A model generated the notes under the pieces. It searched no databases. It saw only the letters and a program-made list of their open reading frames with translations, and was not told the origin of the DNA. 64,000 nucleotides of DNA. Source: Eledone cirrhosa. Its lineage: Eukaryota. The translations under genes were made by a program, and so were the position numbers. This document shows positions 24,681 to 38,861 of the stretch, piece by piece. How positions within the stretch are numbered: the first letter of the stretch is position 1; each line of letters opens with the position of its first letter. The stretch lies in contig OZ024744.1 of assembly GCA_964016885.1 (NCBI GenBank), positions 44,268,001 to 44,332,000 on the forward strand. Reading direction: 5' to 3'.

Positions 24681-27372
24681 ATGGATGACCGCCACCGACA
24701 ATGTTTGCCCTTGTGACTTGTTAATGGACATGGCAAAAAATGGCCTCACCGGGAATTGGGATCGCCGGAAATCGAACGGGATATCTGACGCCGAGGGGAA
24801 AAGGTTCATCCTTGGAATGAAAACATTCTCCCCTCTTCCGCACCCCGTTACAATGGGGGCCTCAATCAAGTGGGTGTCAGTGACTTGACGACCATGCGAG
24901 TACCGTTGCACTGCTTTGGTGGACGCAAGTTCCTTATTAGCATAATGGGACAGCCAACCCTAAGCTTAATAATGTGAGGTGGGAGCCCTGGGGGCTCAAG
25001 GAGATTTAATAACTCAACTGGATAATTAACGATATCGTCGGGGTCTGATTTGAAGATGTGTTCTTTACCGGGAATCTTCTCAATCAGCTGCTCGTTAATA
25101 AAATTAACCATGGTATTTTTCGGAGCAAGGATGGCTCTTTCGCTGAGCCAATCGAGGTTTTTAAAGTTAGATGAGACATTAGGAAAAACTGCTTCCCAAA
25201 GGTCAGAAGGGCTGCTCACAATGTTGCACAGGGTGTCGATTGCTATGCCGCCCTTGTCATCCGCAGGGATCTTGCCCTCACCAAGTGCTAAAATGTTCTG
25301 TGCTGCAGACATGTTGTCACCATGCAAATGAGCACACATATTTGTGCTCCGGTACAAACTATTCACCTGGAGCCACAACATGGACGACTTAAGACAGGCA
25401 CGCACTTCATCAGCTCTTGTCCATTTGGGGATGACAGGCAGCGTTTTCCGAAAATCCCCTGATAGCAGAAGGGTTACGCCACCCATAGGAGCCGTAGAAT
25501 CCCTAATGTCTTTCCGGGCCCTGTCCAATGCCTCAAGTGCACCCTTGTGTGCCATTGTGCACTCATCCCAAACAATGAGGTAACATCTTTTGAGAACCAG
25601 AGCTTTGTGTGAACTCTTGCTGATATTGCATGTTGGTGTCTCAGTTTTTACTAAATCCAAAGGGAGTTTAAAGGTTGCATGTGCTGTCCTGCCTCCCGGC
25701 AGCAAAGTAGCAGCGACCAGGACGATGCAACGGACAACGCAACTTTTTTCTCCTGACGAATCTTAGCGAGAATCAAATTCGTTACAAAAGTTTTTCCGGT
25801 ACCCCAGGAGCGTTTTTTATTGGGGGGGGATCAGGGTTTTTTTTTTTACCTTGAGGTATAACCAGTCAGTAGTTCCTTCAAAGGCTCTGGCGGTTCCGGA
25901 AGAGGGGGCAAGGTGACCTTACCGTTTAAGCAGCACATTGCAGGTGGCTCCCTAGCCCACTTTGTAGCATTGCAGAATTGGCAATTGAAGCGCATCTCGC
26001 CTATATTTATGTCAGAGCGCATCGAGTAATTAACGTTTTGCTCATACCTGAAAGCCTGTAGGTGCCAGTAAGGGCTGTTGGGGCTCGTCACACCGCGTGC
26101 AGCTTCTCGCCGTCGACTGTTACGCTTGAACGTAGAACATTGGTCGTGTGGTTGGTGGGAAGGTCAGGCAGCAATAGCAGAAGCAACATTTGCAATGCTA
26201 ATGGACCGCCCGTCTGCATCTTCAGAAGCCATGGAAGTAGTCATAGCCGCAGCGTTCGTAGGAAGGCGAGCCGTCCGTTGTTTTAAACGTTCCAAAGACC
26301 TGGAAGCAGCATTAGTCGCATCGTTTCTAGCCAGGCGCTTCGACCTTTGTTCCCGGCTCTCTGAAGCCCTGGAAGAAGCCTGGTATGAAGACATTTTGGC
26401 TAGGCGTGCGGTGCGCTGTTGGAAACTTTCAGCGGCTCGACATTCTGCTAAACGTAAGGCTGTCTGTGAAAGTCTTGAAGCATTTTCCTCAGAGGACTCG
26501 TTTGCTATAGTAGCCTTTTGCGTCACTGCTGACGCGGTATGTCGACTGAGGCGACTTATCTTTTTAGGTGGCATTTTATGTCCAAAAGAAAGGGTGAAAG
26601 TTACTTCTACAGAAAAATTGACTTTGAAAGTCTACTGTCTGTTTATGAATATTGTTATTGTTGTTGTGATACAAATGTTAGTAAGTAAATCGGTATCGAA
26701 AAATAAATTGTGAAAGTTACTTCAACATAAAAATTGACTTTGAAAGTATAAGGCTGATAATTGAATGTAAAAAGATTGATAAGAAAGGCCCCCCAAAAAA
26801 ATGTACAGGTATTTGTATGTATGTGTGTATTTTATGTCGAAAATAAAGGGTTAAAGTTACTTATACTGAAAAATATAGTTTGAAAGTGTAAGGCCGATTG
26901 AAAAACTTACAGTTTAGTAAATGAAAGTCAGCTTCGAAATGGAGCTAAAACAAACTGTGTATGCGTTGATTGATTGAAATTCCCGCGTTCCTGTTTCTAT
27001 GACGTCTATCGTAACCATACCAACATATATGTGTGTGTATGCACCCACATATATGTGTGTATATGTTTTTTTTCAATGTTTCTCTTTTTCACAAACACTT
27101 ATAAGAGAAGGTAGCAATTTTAAGGGGAGGTGATGAAGGGAGTACATATACGAAACGTATATTATATGAGAGAGGAGAAATCATCGATTATTGAAATAAA
27201 TCGATTTTTGCGTAATTGTGGCATTTTTTACCCAATAAGTTCGCCTATGACACAAGTTAGAATATTTGTAAACATTCTGCTTAATTATTCATTCAATATT
27301 TTTGGAATTGTGTGAATGTATAAAATTGAAACATACATACAGACACGAAAATCTGCCTTTTATAGTTAATGA
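24680..27372 (-). mobile_element. Helitron B: internally deleted (Rep missing), 3'-truncated
   Basis: 5' end TCATTAACTATAAAAG at 27372; N-terminus MPPKKISRL; CQFC..CCLNGK; PIF1 motifs GRTAHATFKLP, WDEC, GDFRKTLP, FAMSINKSQGQT. Confidence 0.9.
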
Positions 27373-27377
27373 TATAT

Positions 27378-27432
<55 letters not shown>

Positions 27433-27435
<3 letters not shown>

Positions 27436-27898
27436 AACGGAAAAAATGAAACGAAATTTCATTTCCCACTCTTAGTACGGCTGTTACTTAAATATAAGTA
27501 TGAACACGTTCATACATATATGTATACTAACGTACAGTAGTATGTATATATATATACATACATGCACACACATATATATGTACGTATGGATTCACCGAAC
27601 ATTTATTATAATGCTCGGTGTGTTTGTAAACAAACATCCCGTATTAAGCCGTAGTGTCCAGCAACCATCGTTGCTCGTTTGTTCAACACTGATAATGGAA
27701 CGCTGTACTAGTTTCAAGCTTATTAGCTATCGTCAGCAACGTATACCTTCCTGCCAGATTGTTGAACGTATATACTTACCTTATGCATATTAACGGCTGA
27801 GTAGCCCAATTTGCTTATCGAGTGGGTTAATCGGCTGGGTGCACCGAAAACGATAAACGGAAAAAATGAAACGAAATTTCATTTCCCACTCTTAGTAC
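27433..27898. mobile_element. Non-coding element in (TA)n with 46-bp terminal direct repeats
   Basis: ataaacggaaaaaatgaaacgaaatttcatttcccactcttagtac at 27433-27478 and 27853-27898. Confidence 0.75.
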
Positions 27899-27931
27899 TA
27901 TATATATATATATTATTACTATATATATTAT

Positions 27932-27975
<44 letters not shown>

Positions 27976-27984
27976 ATAATAATG

Positions 27985-30835
27985 AATTTGAAGACTAAAA
28001 TCCAAAGAGGGCTCGATAAGGATAAATATATATCAAATATATAAGAACCGTAGAGCAAATATTTATTAAAATAACGTTAAAGTTTAAGCAAAGAATCGCT
28101 GCTTTCACCCTTAACGGGATCTTCTGAAACTAACAAAGTCAATCTGTAAACGCAGAAGTCGATATTTCAAAAAACGTTGCAACCGGAGGAAGACAGGAAG
28201 ACGATACTTTGGTTCGTGGAAACTTTCAATGGCAAAGAACGGGGAAAAAACGAATATAATACGTCATTAATAGAAGCGGTGGAAAACAATTACGCACAAA
28301 GACAGAACCACGTTTATGGTATAAAAGAAGTCGTAGACTAATGTTCTCTTAGGTGGTTCATAGAGACGTTCTCTGGCAAAGAACGGAAAAAACGAAGATA
28401 ATACGTCATATGTGGAGCGTGGAGAACAATTGCACGCAAAGTCAAAACCACGTAAATGGTATAGCAGAAGTCGTAGACTAAAATTCTAACTAGGAAACCG
28501 ATTGATTCTCCGCTTTAGAGTTAAGAATAAAGTAAATAAAATACAATACAGAGGTAATTGATATTAAATAAATACATACACGCATCCAAATACGTTCATA
28601 CACAGGCATACGCGAAAAAACTCGCCATAGGTATACAAACCATGCACATATAAATATGTGTGTGTGTGTGTGCGTGTATACAAATAAATAAGTAATTAAA
28701 TAAACGTATATAAATAAATAAATACGTATATAACAAGCGCACACACATACTTACATGTAAATACACAAATGTTCGGAGACTACGTCAACCAAAACACGAA
28801 GTACACATATACACAGACCCAACATACGTACGAACCCGCATACTTACACAGATGCAAAACTCCCGTATACACATAACCAAAAGCATATGTACCAGAATAT
28901 ATACAAATATACGCCATAACATATACAATCAAATATACGTACGAGAAAGTATACGTACCTTCACAAAACATACAGGTAATATATACTTACCTATGCAAAT
29001 AAGTAATGGTATAAACATAACATATACTTAGCTACCACATCAAGACGTAAAATATCCACGTATAGATCGTACTATCCGTTAGGGTATAATGTGGGGCTGT
29101 AATACAGAAAAGTTCTGTGCAATTTATGTTTACAAGCCGAAATTGCCTCAGATTTTTTGTTTAAGATGTGGTCTGTGGCGTAGAGTATTTCCAGGGCCTC
29201 AGCGGCGCAGAGGTCACATGGTCTTATTTTTCCGTTATACGATCTAGCCCTAGCTAGGATCTCCCAGTGTAACTTATATTGGGTGTGGTTGTCTTTTAGA
29301 CTCCAGATATAAGCTGAAAGTGACGTCATATTCATTCTTAGTGGGTAACGAAAATAATGGGTATGCATGTAAAGACGCTGCTTGAATCTATTGGCGGTTA
29401 ACCCTATGTAGGCCCTACGGGACGTGGGTGTTTCAACCTTACATTTGTAGACAATGTTACTAGAGAGGCATTTCTCGGATAGGGGGCAAACAACCCGATT
29501 CCTACAATTACAGTTAGTACTAACTACGGAGTTGCACGTGTTCCTACGGCAAGGTAATTTAGCTAAATTTGAAGCTGTGATGTTATGTGCAAGGTTAGGA
29601 GTCGTAGAGTAAGACATTTTAATAGTATTTCTATTAAAGATTTTACTATATTTATGTGTAGGGGGAAAATGCTTCGTAATAAGGGATAGAAAGTTCTTAG
29701 CTAATGGTGTGGCCACCTCCATATTATATGGTGGGTTATACCATATAATGCGACGGGATCTATTTCTTCTAGGTCTATTCTCGTACTCTGTATATGCTAC
29801 ACTATCGACAAATCCACTCCGAACAAGAGCTTCATTGTAATAAGTGGAATGGTCGTTGAAAATATGCTCGTTAGTAGATAGACGGGAAAGCCTCAACGAA
29901 ACGTTTCTTACCAGGTTCTTGGTTATGCTGGCAGGATGGTTGGAATACTTACTTATGTAATTAAGCGTATCATTCGGCTTTCTATACGGGTAATACAAGC
30001 CATTCGATAAATTGAGGGTAACGTCGAGGTAATTAACGACCGAGAAGTTGGCCTCAACCTGTATAGAGAGGTTGAAGCCTTTAAAGAAGACACACACACA
30101 CACACACACATTTATATGTGCGTGGTTTGTATACCTATGGCGAGTGTTTTCGCGTATGCCTGTGTATGTACGTATTTGGATGCGTGTATGTATTTATTTA
30201 ATATCAATTACCTCTGTATTGTATTTTATTTACTTTATTCTTAACACTAAAGCGGAGAATCAATCGGTTTCCTAGTTAGAATTTTAGTCTACGACTTCAG
30301 TTATACCATTTACGTGGTTTTAACTTTCCGTGCAATTGTTCTCTACGCTCCACATATGACGTATTATCTTCGTTTTTTCCGTTCTTTGCCAGAGAACGTC
30401 TCTATGAACCACCTAAGAGAACATTAGTCTACGACTTCTTTTATACCATAAACGTGGTTCTGTCTTTGCGTGTAATTGTTTTTCACCGCTCCTATTAATG
30501 ACGTATTATATTCGTTTTTACGATCTGAGTTCAAATCTCGCCGAGGTTGACTTTGCCTTTCATCCTTACGGGGTCGATAAAATAAAGTACCAGTAATACA
30601 CTGGATAATTGTTGGCCTTGTGCCTAAAGTAGAAACAATTATATTCGTTTTTTCCCCGTTCTTTGCAAGAGAACGTTTCCATGAACCAAAGTATCGTCTT
30701 CCTGTCTTCCTCCGGTTGCAACGTTTTCTGAAATATCCACTTCTGCGTTTACAGATTAACATTGTTAGTTTCAGAAGATGCCCTTAAGGGTGAAAGCAGC
30801 GATTCTTTGCTTAAACTTTAATCTGTTATTTTAAT
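27985..30835 (-). mobile_element. 5'-truncated PLE (Hydra-like by motif) with inverted pseudo-LTR
   Basis: ORF 29072-30090: VNYLDVTL, WYNPPY, CNCR..CPL..C, YIGLTANRFKQRLYMH (GIY-YIG); 30095-30835 is an inverted copy of about 28065-28670. Confidence 0.88.
30520..30637 (+). mobile_element. 5'-truncated SINE with 15-bp TSD
   Basis: TSD attatattcgttttt at 30505-30519 and 30638-30652. Confidence 0.9.
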
Positions 30836-30841
30836 AAATAA

Positions 30842-30884
<43 letters not shown>

Positions 30885-30887
<3 letters not shown>

Positions 30888-31779
30888 GAATAATCGAGTA
30901 TCGAAAAATCGGCGCACGAGTTCACGATAAACAAAATTCGATATGAGTGGCAGAGTGCTCAATAATTCAGATAAATCAGAGCTATAACTATCGTTAAAAT
31001 ACCAACACACATAGATTATGTCTAAAATCAACCATACGACCGAAAAATTACGATCTGGAAGATTCGGGTCACTCAGATAAAATATCAATAAATCAATAAA
31101 TCATATGAATGTAAAAAGCTTACCCGGACCCGCTAGAAAGATGGTAAATCTAGCTTCTTGGGTTTCTGTAAATCCTTAAATCGCCCACTATTAGCCCACA
31201 TAAAAATATATAAGACTTCTAGGGAGCAGCGGACAGGAATTACTTTATCAACGAGCTTTTGTCCGAACGAATAAAAAGGCATAACCCTAGCTGAAAACGC
31301 ACATGGAATTCAGCAAGGGAGATAACCTCTATATCCGCGAAAAATATTCGGGAAAATGTGGAAAATCACATATCGAATAAGAGTGCTCAATAGACATGTT
31401 AAAATAAACAGGAGCTATTCATCATTTAATAGAATCGACAAAAAATGAACAATAAAATTAACTGGTCAATAGCTAAGTCTAGAGCAAAATATAGTAGAAT
31501 AATCGAGTATCGAAAAATCGGCGCACGAGTTCACGATAAACAAAATTCGATAAGAGTGGCAGAGGGCTCAATAATTCAGATAAATCAGAGCTATAACTAT
31601 CGTTAAAATACCAACACACATAGATTATGTCTAAAATCAACCATAAGACCGAAAAATTACGATCTGGAAGATTCGGGTCACTCAGATAAAATATCAATAA
31701 ATCAATAAATCATATGAATGTAAAAAGCTTACCCGGACCCGCTAGAAAGATGGTAAATCTAGCTTCTTGGGTTTCTGTA
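30885..31779. mobile_element. Non-coding retrozyme/TRIM-like element with 286-bp direct repeats, in (TA)n
   Basis: 30885-31170 is nearly identical to 31494-31779 (period 609). Confidence 0.75.
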
Positions 31780-31856
31780 TACATATATATATATATATTA
31801 TAAATACATACATGCATAGATAAATACATATATATGTTTACAGGTATATATATATG

Positions 31857-31907
<51 letters not shown>

Positions 31908-31909
<2 letters not shown>

Positions 31910-34900
31910 CGTTTCTGAATTTGTTTAGCAAGATTCTTTATCTGAAATCGTGTGTTGAAACCGATATTGTTATACTTTGGGAGGGTCATGTTGCCAATAA
32001 GAAACACACGCACCAGTAGCTTTCACTTCAATTTATTATATATTTATAAATTTACAAATTTATAAATTTATAAATTTCTGGTTGGTTGGTTCCACAACCA
32101 GATAGTTGTTTATATATAGTCATAGTCCTTTCGTCACACACTCTGTGACCTCTTCAGTGACTGGGGATTCCTTTCTTTGTTTCTGTGCCTCTCCTTTGTT
32201 CTGTCCTACGCCATTTTGTTTCTGTGTGTGTGTTGTGTGCTCAGTCTGCGCATGCGCCACATCCGGGTGTCTGTGTGTGTTTATGTTCATTTATTTATTT
32301 GTTTATTTACATGTTACTGGTTGGTTGTTTGTTCTATGTGTGTGTGTGTTTTCATTTTGTCCTTAATTGTAAGTTGTGATGTTGCTGTTCCACTCATATT
32401 TTCTATTTAATTTTGGTTGTAATTCTTTTATGTTTATTGCCTCTGTAATTTGTCTAAACATTGCATCTTTTCTGTGTGTAGATTCTATTTTTATTTCTAT
32501 GTTCTCTAATTTACCCTTGTGTTCTATCTTAGCATGTTGGTAGAGTACAGATGATTCTTTATTATCTTGAAGGTCTCGCCAGTGTTCATTTATCCGTTCC
32601 CCTATACTACGAGCTGTCTCACCTATGTACACTATATTTTTGTTTCTACATTGTCCTTCAGTACATCTTATGCTATACACTACATTTCTAGTTTTACCGT
32701 TAATATGGGGGCTTATTTTACAGGTTATACATTTCTTATCTATACATGAGGGTCTTTGAAAAGGGTATGTCTTGCTAATAAGTGTTTTTACGGAGGTACC
32801 TGGTCTTTCTACTATCTTAATATTGAGTTTGTTGTTTATTTAGGGCCCTTCTAAATTTGTAGGCTAGTTCGCCTCTAGGGGTTGTATCGATGAACATTAC
32901 ACTCTGGTATTTATTGCTATCATACCATGAGTTTATTCTATTAGCCTTGTTCCTAGTTCTTTCTATTCTATTCCAAAATTTGCTCCTATACAAGGGGCAG
33001 GTCCCATTTATGTCATTATTTACCATTTTTTCCCATTTGGTTCTGGCTCCTCTATACACTCTGATTCTATCTCTCTGATTGTAGCCAGAGAACTGCATAC
33101 GGTGGATGAAGTGTTGTATGTGTCTCTCTAGTTCTTCGGGGTTGCACATGCGGGACACATTTCTCATCACCCGTACCAAATCCGCAATCAGTATGTTTAT
33201 TTTGGTATGGTCCGAAATGGCCGAGTTTCGGTGGATCAGATGTTTGGAAGTCATGGGTTTGGCATAATGGGATGGAGGATTTGTTTTTGGTTGTTAATGG
33301 TATCTAACCAGAGCTCTGTGTCTAGTACAGCTAATCGATTGTTGGGGTGTCTACTTGGGTAGTCTATAGTAACTCTAATGCTCTGGTGGATGGAGTTTGC
33401 TATTTGCTGGATGCTTTCCATTGTGTTTTTCTCTAGTTCCTGACTGTTCTCTAGTGGGGGTGTCTTAACTACGATGTTTATATCATCTACGTAGCGGGAG
33501 TACATTATCAGGATTAAGCTGTCTTCTAATTGTTCTTTAAGTTTAAGTTTAAGTCTACTGTCCCACCATACCATGAATAAGTTAGCTATGTCGCCTGCAA
33601 TGCTAACACCAATGGCTGCTCCTTCCTCTTGGGCATATGTTTTTCCATTAAATTTGAACATATGTTCCTTAAGGGTTAGTTTTATGCTGGCCCCTACCGC
33701 ATATGCAATCATTTTCTTCAGTTCATCGTGGTTTTCGGGTGTCCGTATGGCTCTGGTCCACCCGTTCCATCTATCTGTGTGGGTTTTCTTGGCCATTGAG
33801 GTAATGGTAGGTGGTCTGCCTCTTGCTGGTCTTGTAGGGCACAGGTTGCTAAGGTCATATGTGTCTAGGTAACTATTACTATAGGTAAGCTTAAGTAGAA
33901 GTCCCAGCTCACTGGTATCAATCCCATGGAACTCAACCTTGCTCTCACTGATCATTTCTACGCATTCCTCCACAGCAAAATACACGTCAATAGATGGATA
34001 CAGGGACACAACATCCATACTGCCTATTATGCAGTTTGTTAGGTCCCCAGATCGGTTACTCACGCCGATTCTGCTGAGGAGGTCCTCCGTGCTGTCACAT
34101 ACATCTGGGGACATTTCAATGATGGGGCGTATGATCAGGGAGAGGAAGTAGGACTGTCTGTAGTTACTAGCAATGTTAGCTCCACAGATTGGCCGTGTTG
34201 GTGGTCCCGCGACAGGGTCACAGCCCGTTTTATGGTCTTTTCGAAGCCCATACAACGCCGGCACGTTATTATTCCAGGCCTGGAAGTTGTTGGCAGTCCT
34301 TTTGTTGGGCTGCATTATATTCGTCCACATCACCATATGGGCATTGAGGGCTTTTTCTCTATCCTCATGCTCCTGTGGTGTTACCTCTCTTGTGTTAGTG
34401 ATGTGGGGTTGCATTGCCTGGATGTAGTTTGGCAGGCTTTCAACCGACATTCTGCCAGACTTGTCTGTTGGAAAGCTTGCTATCTCTCCATTACGTGAGC
34501 GCTGCATGAGCTTACGCAAGCCATTTGCAGATTTTTCTCCCAGTTGCTGGGCCTCCATTCTATTATGCTTCTTGCTATACTGTTCTATAATATTTCTAAG
34601 TTCGGATCTAGCTATACTAAATTGTGCTTCTGTTTGTTCATCGACCTGCGACGGCAATTGCGTGCGTTTGTTAAATGGTAAAGTCGTGGCGTGGACTCGT
34701 CGCAGGTCGAATGATTTATCGGAGGGATTATAAAACGGAGAGTACCAGGCTGCTGCTTTATGTGTACTAGTGCTATTGTTATTGTTAGTTGTGTTGTTTC
34801 TATTTCTATTTCCACCAACAGCCTCATGGCTGTTTCTATGTCTCTCATAATTACTCCTGTCTCTTTCCACTGGCTCATTGTTGTTATCTACCCTATTTTG

Positions 34901-35020
34901 TGTGTCTGTGTGTTCGTCTTGGTTATTCTCTTATATATAATATATAATATATAATAAATTTAAGTGAAAGCCTGGTGCGTGTGTTTCTTATTGGCAACAT
35001 GACCCTCCCAAAGTATAACA
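31908..35020 (-). mobile_element. Near full-length PLE (Nematis-like by motif), frameshifted
   Basis: RT GSMDVVSLYPSI, GAAIGVSIAGDIANLFMVWWD, YSRYVDD; Cys linker; C-terminal GIY-YIG; 34955-35020 is an inverted copy of 31965-32030; (TA)n flanks. Confidence 0.92.
32118..32162 (-). ncRNA. Type I minimal hammerhead ribozyme
   Basis: AGUCA-CUGAAGA-G-GUCACA-GAGUG-UGUGAC-GAAAG-GA-CUA-UGACU. Confidence 0.85.
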
Positions 35021-35028
35021 ATATATAT

Positions 35029-35377
<349 letters not shown>

Positions 35378-35520
35378 ATATTTACTCGAATAATTTGTTG
35401 AGTGCTTTATATCAGTATAAAAATATTTTGCTTGTTGTATCCCAACAAATTAAATATCACCTCTACATATATATATATATGAATATATATATTATAAATA
35501 CATACATAGGTTTTCAGGTA

Positions 35521-35599
<79 letters not shown>

Positions 35600-36790
35600 C
35601 CATTTTTTAAATCCTTATGGGACTTTGCATTCAAAATCTTCATTAGAAGTCCTATAAACAGAAAACAGGTAAATTTCTTTGATTTGATTTGTTTCAGATG
35701 CACTCAATTACAGATTTTCGATGAGTTCAACTCCCGTTCTGTCTGTGTGTAAAGTATTATAACTTGCGTATTATTCACTCAATCTCTTAAAATTTTACAC
35801 ATTGCTAAAGGAGGATGCGAGATGTTTTTATAAAAGAAACATAACCACTTTAGATGACGCTGCATATTGTGTATTACAAGACTCTTTTATTAATTAGCAC
35901 TGATGAACTATAATACTTCTAGAACCTACAAGGTAGACAAGTATTGCACTCAGTATTTTGATTGCCGATGTCACGGAATATAGTTGTGACAATTCCTTAA
36001 CGACATGTACATAACATTTACAGCATTGTGTTTCACAATTTCATCTCGGTGATCAGTCAGTTTGTAATGATATTTTCTTTGAACATTTGAAGTAGGTTCT
36101 GTAGTATGTCAGTCTCTGGTTGAGAGTTAATGATTTGAGAAGGAAGTAGAAAGTTCAGAATACAAGAGAGAGGGGGACAGACAAAGAAAGAGAGAGAATG
36201 TCTATAGGAGGGAAACAGCGACAGAAAGAAAGAGACAAAGAAAGAAGGGGAAGAGAGAGAGAAGGCTGTGTGAGAGAAGGGACTGGCAAAAAATGAGAGA
36301 AAGAAGAGGCTGTGTGAGAGGGGAAAGAAAGAGAGAGTGAGACAGTAAGTAACCACATGTGATGAAATGGAAGAGAAGCAGACGACAATATGAAATATTA
36401 AACACGATATTAGAAAAATATTTTTGTAAATATGACAATATTTTATCTATGCATACATGCATAGATAAATACATACATATTTACAGTTATATTTATATAT
36501 ATATATTTTTTATATATACATACATGCATAGATAAATACATACATATGTTTACAGGTATATATATGTATATATAATTATCTGTCATTTGTCTTCTCAAGC
36601 TAAATACTAAATAAGTTATAACTTAAGCTACGTCTTGCTCTATACTTTCCACTACTCCATAGTTGTATAGTAGTATTTTAAATATTAATATTCTATAACT
36701 GTTGCATTAAGGCAATGTATTTCTTAAAATATATTACTCACATACTCTCTCTATTGATTCTATTACGTTTTCTCATGTTCTCAATATTAG
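35600..36790 (+). repeat. Helitron A arm segment, duplicated at 39965-41160
   Basis: About 1.2-kb direct duplication containing the leader seen before the RepHel ATG plus the 5' module. Confidence 0.85.
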
Positions 36791-38861
36791 TGTGAGACAG
36801 TAAGTAACCACATGTTGTGAGAAGAGAAGCAGACGACAATATAAAATATTAAACACGATATTAGAAACATATTTTTATAAATATGGCAATACATACATGC
36901 ATAGATAAATACATACATATGTTTACAGGTATATGTATATATATGCATGTATGTATTTATAATATATTTATATATATATATATATATATATATTTTATAA
37001 ATACATGTATGTATAGATAAATACATACATATGTTTACAGATATATATATATATATGCCTATATATATATATATATACAATATATTAACAAATGGAAAGT
37101 ATATTTCTCAAACCCTATTTATTTCATTATACATATTTCAAGGGCCACCAAGGCAAATTATGGTGCGCTTATATAGGTTAGTTTTATAAATAAATATTGA
37201 CATAATGTATAATGAAGTCAATATGGTTTTATAAATATAGTTTCCATTTGTTAATATATTGTATATTTACTCCAATAATTTGTTGAGTGCTTTATATCAG
37301 ATATAAAAATACTTTGCTTGTTGTATCCCAACAAATTAAATATAACCTCTACATATATATATATATATCCTAATATACCATATAGCCTTAATTGGCGAAT
37401 AGTAGCACGCTCTAATAACCTTTCAACACATACTAAATTTTGTAATCTCTGTATCTTTGAGACCCACTCTATCATTTTCTCTAGGGAAACCTTACTTAAT
37501 AGAAAGTCTGAGATATTCTCTTCTTGCCCCCACGCCACTTAAATTCTTACTTTTATTATAAACCTAAAGGTTCTAGTAATGTAAATTGTATCCATTAGCT
37601 GCTATATTCCCTTATCTTTTTAGTTTAGGTTCAATTTGTTTACCACCATCATTATCGTTATTATTATTATTGGTTTTTAACAGCTTTTCATTCTAGCTTT
37701 CATAGTCCTTTGGCTACTATACCATATCTTTATTATATTTTCACTATTAACACCTTATGAGTTTATATCTGATTATATATTTTATTTTATTTTATTTGGA
37801 TTCTTCTTTGGATAATTACCCCCCCCCCCCCGCCACACACACTTGTCATTCGCCCCTTCAAATATACTATAATTATATTCAATTCCCTTTTATGCTCCTT
37901 TCTATTGTATAATACAGTATATTGATTATGATTTTATGCTCCTTCGTATCATCCATACATTTCTTTTTTCTGTCCCCATTGGCCTACCATAATTCTACTT
38001 AAAGTCCGTTTATTAGATAACGTTATTCAACTGATAGTAGAATATTTCATTCTTTTCCAGAGATTTTTATAGTGATATCTTAAACTTTGGAGATTTTGAT
38101 TACTTAAACCATAGCTAATTTTGTATTGACTTATTATGTATTTTAAATACTTTCAATATTAATTAATTTAATAGGGTTTTCTAGTCATTTATCCGGGTTT
38201 GTTTCCTAAATTTTATACTTAACTGCATGTGACACCTAAGTAAATACTTTTGTTTTTGTTTTTCGATTTTAGGTTGATTTTTTTTATATATTTATACTAC
38301 CGTGCGTAGTTTTCTGTCTGGTTCTTATTCACTTATTCACAAATGTCTGTCCACCAACCACGTAATTATGTATATTATACTATGTTCAATATTTTATATT
38401 GAAATTTTTATATCATTTCACTCTTTGTAAACGTACTACTGATCTTTATTATTTACCGATTATTAAATGTACCATTATGCTATGTTAAATTTTGTAAATT
38501 CTGTAATATGTTTATATTTTTATAATTTTTGTAATGTTTGGATAATATTTATTTACACCAATTGTAGAGAAATGTGACCTCCAACTGTTTTCTTGCAATG
38601 GTTTTGATATTTTTCCAACATAATTTTTCCAACATAATTTAGCTCTGTACAATATTTTTTCTCACCCGGTCTGTAACTCTATATGGTTTGTTAAGTTATA
38701 TGCCATTATATTATAATATTGTTATTATAGTGTTATTGTAACATTTATATTGTTTGTGCAAATTAACCGGAGATTATCTATTATATAATTATATAGTTTA
38801 TTATATATTGTTTACTTTTAATCATTTCTTCTTCATTTTATACTGTAAATAATATATATTA

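Noticed and set aside
30831-31697. Duplicated 72-85 aa ORF as a small gene
   Set aside because: Lies within the direct repeats, has no recognisable domain and runs into (TA)n
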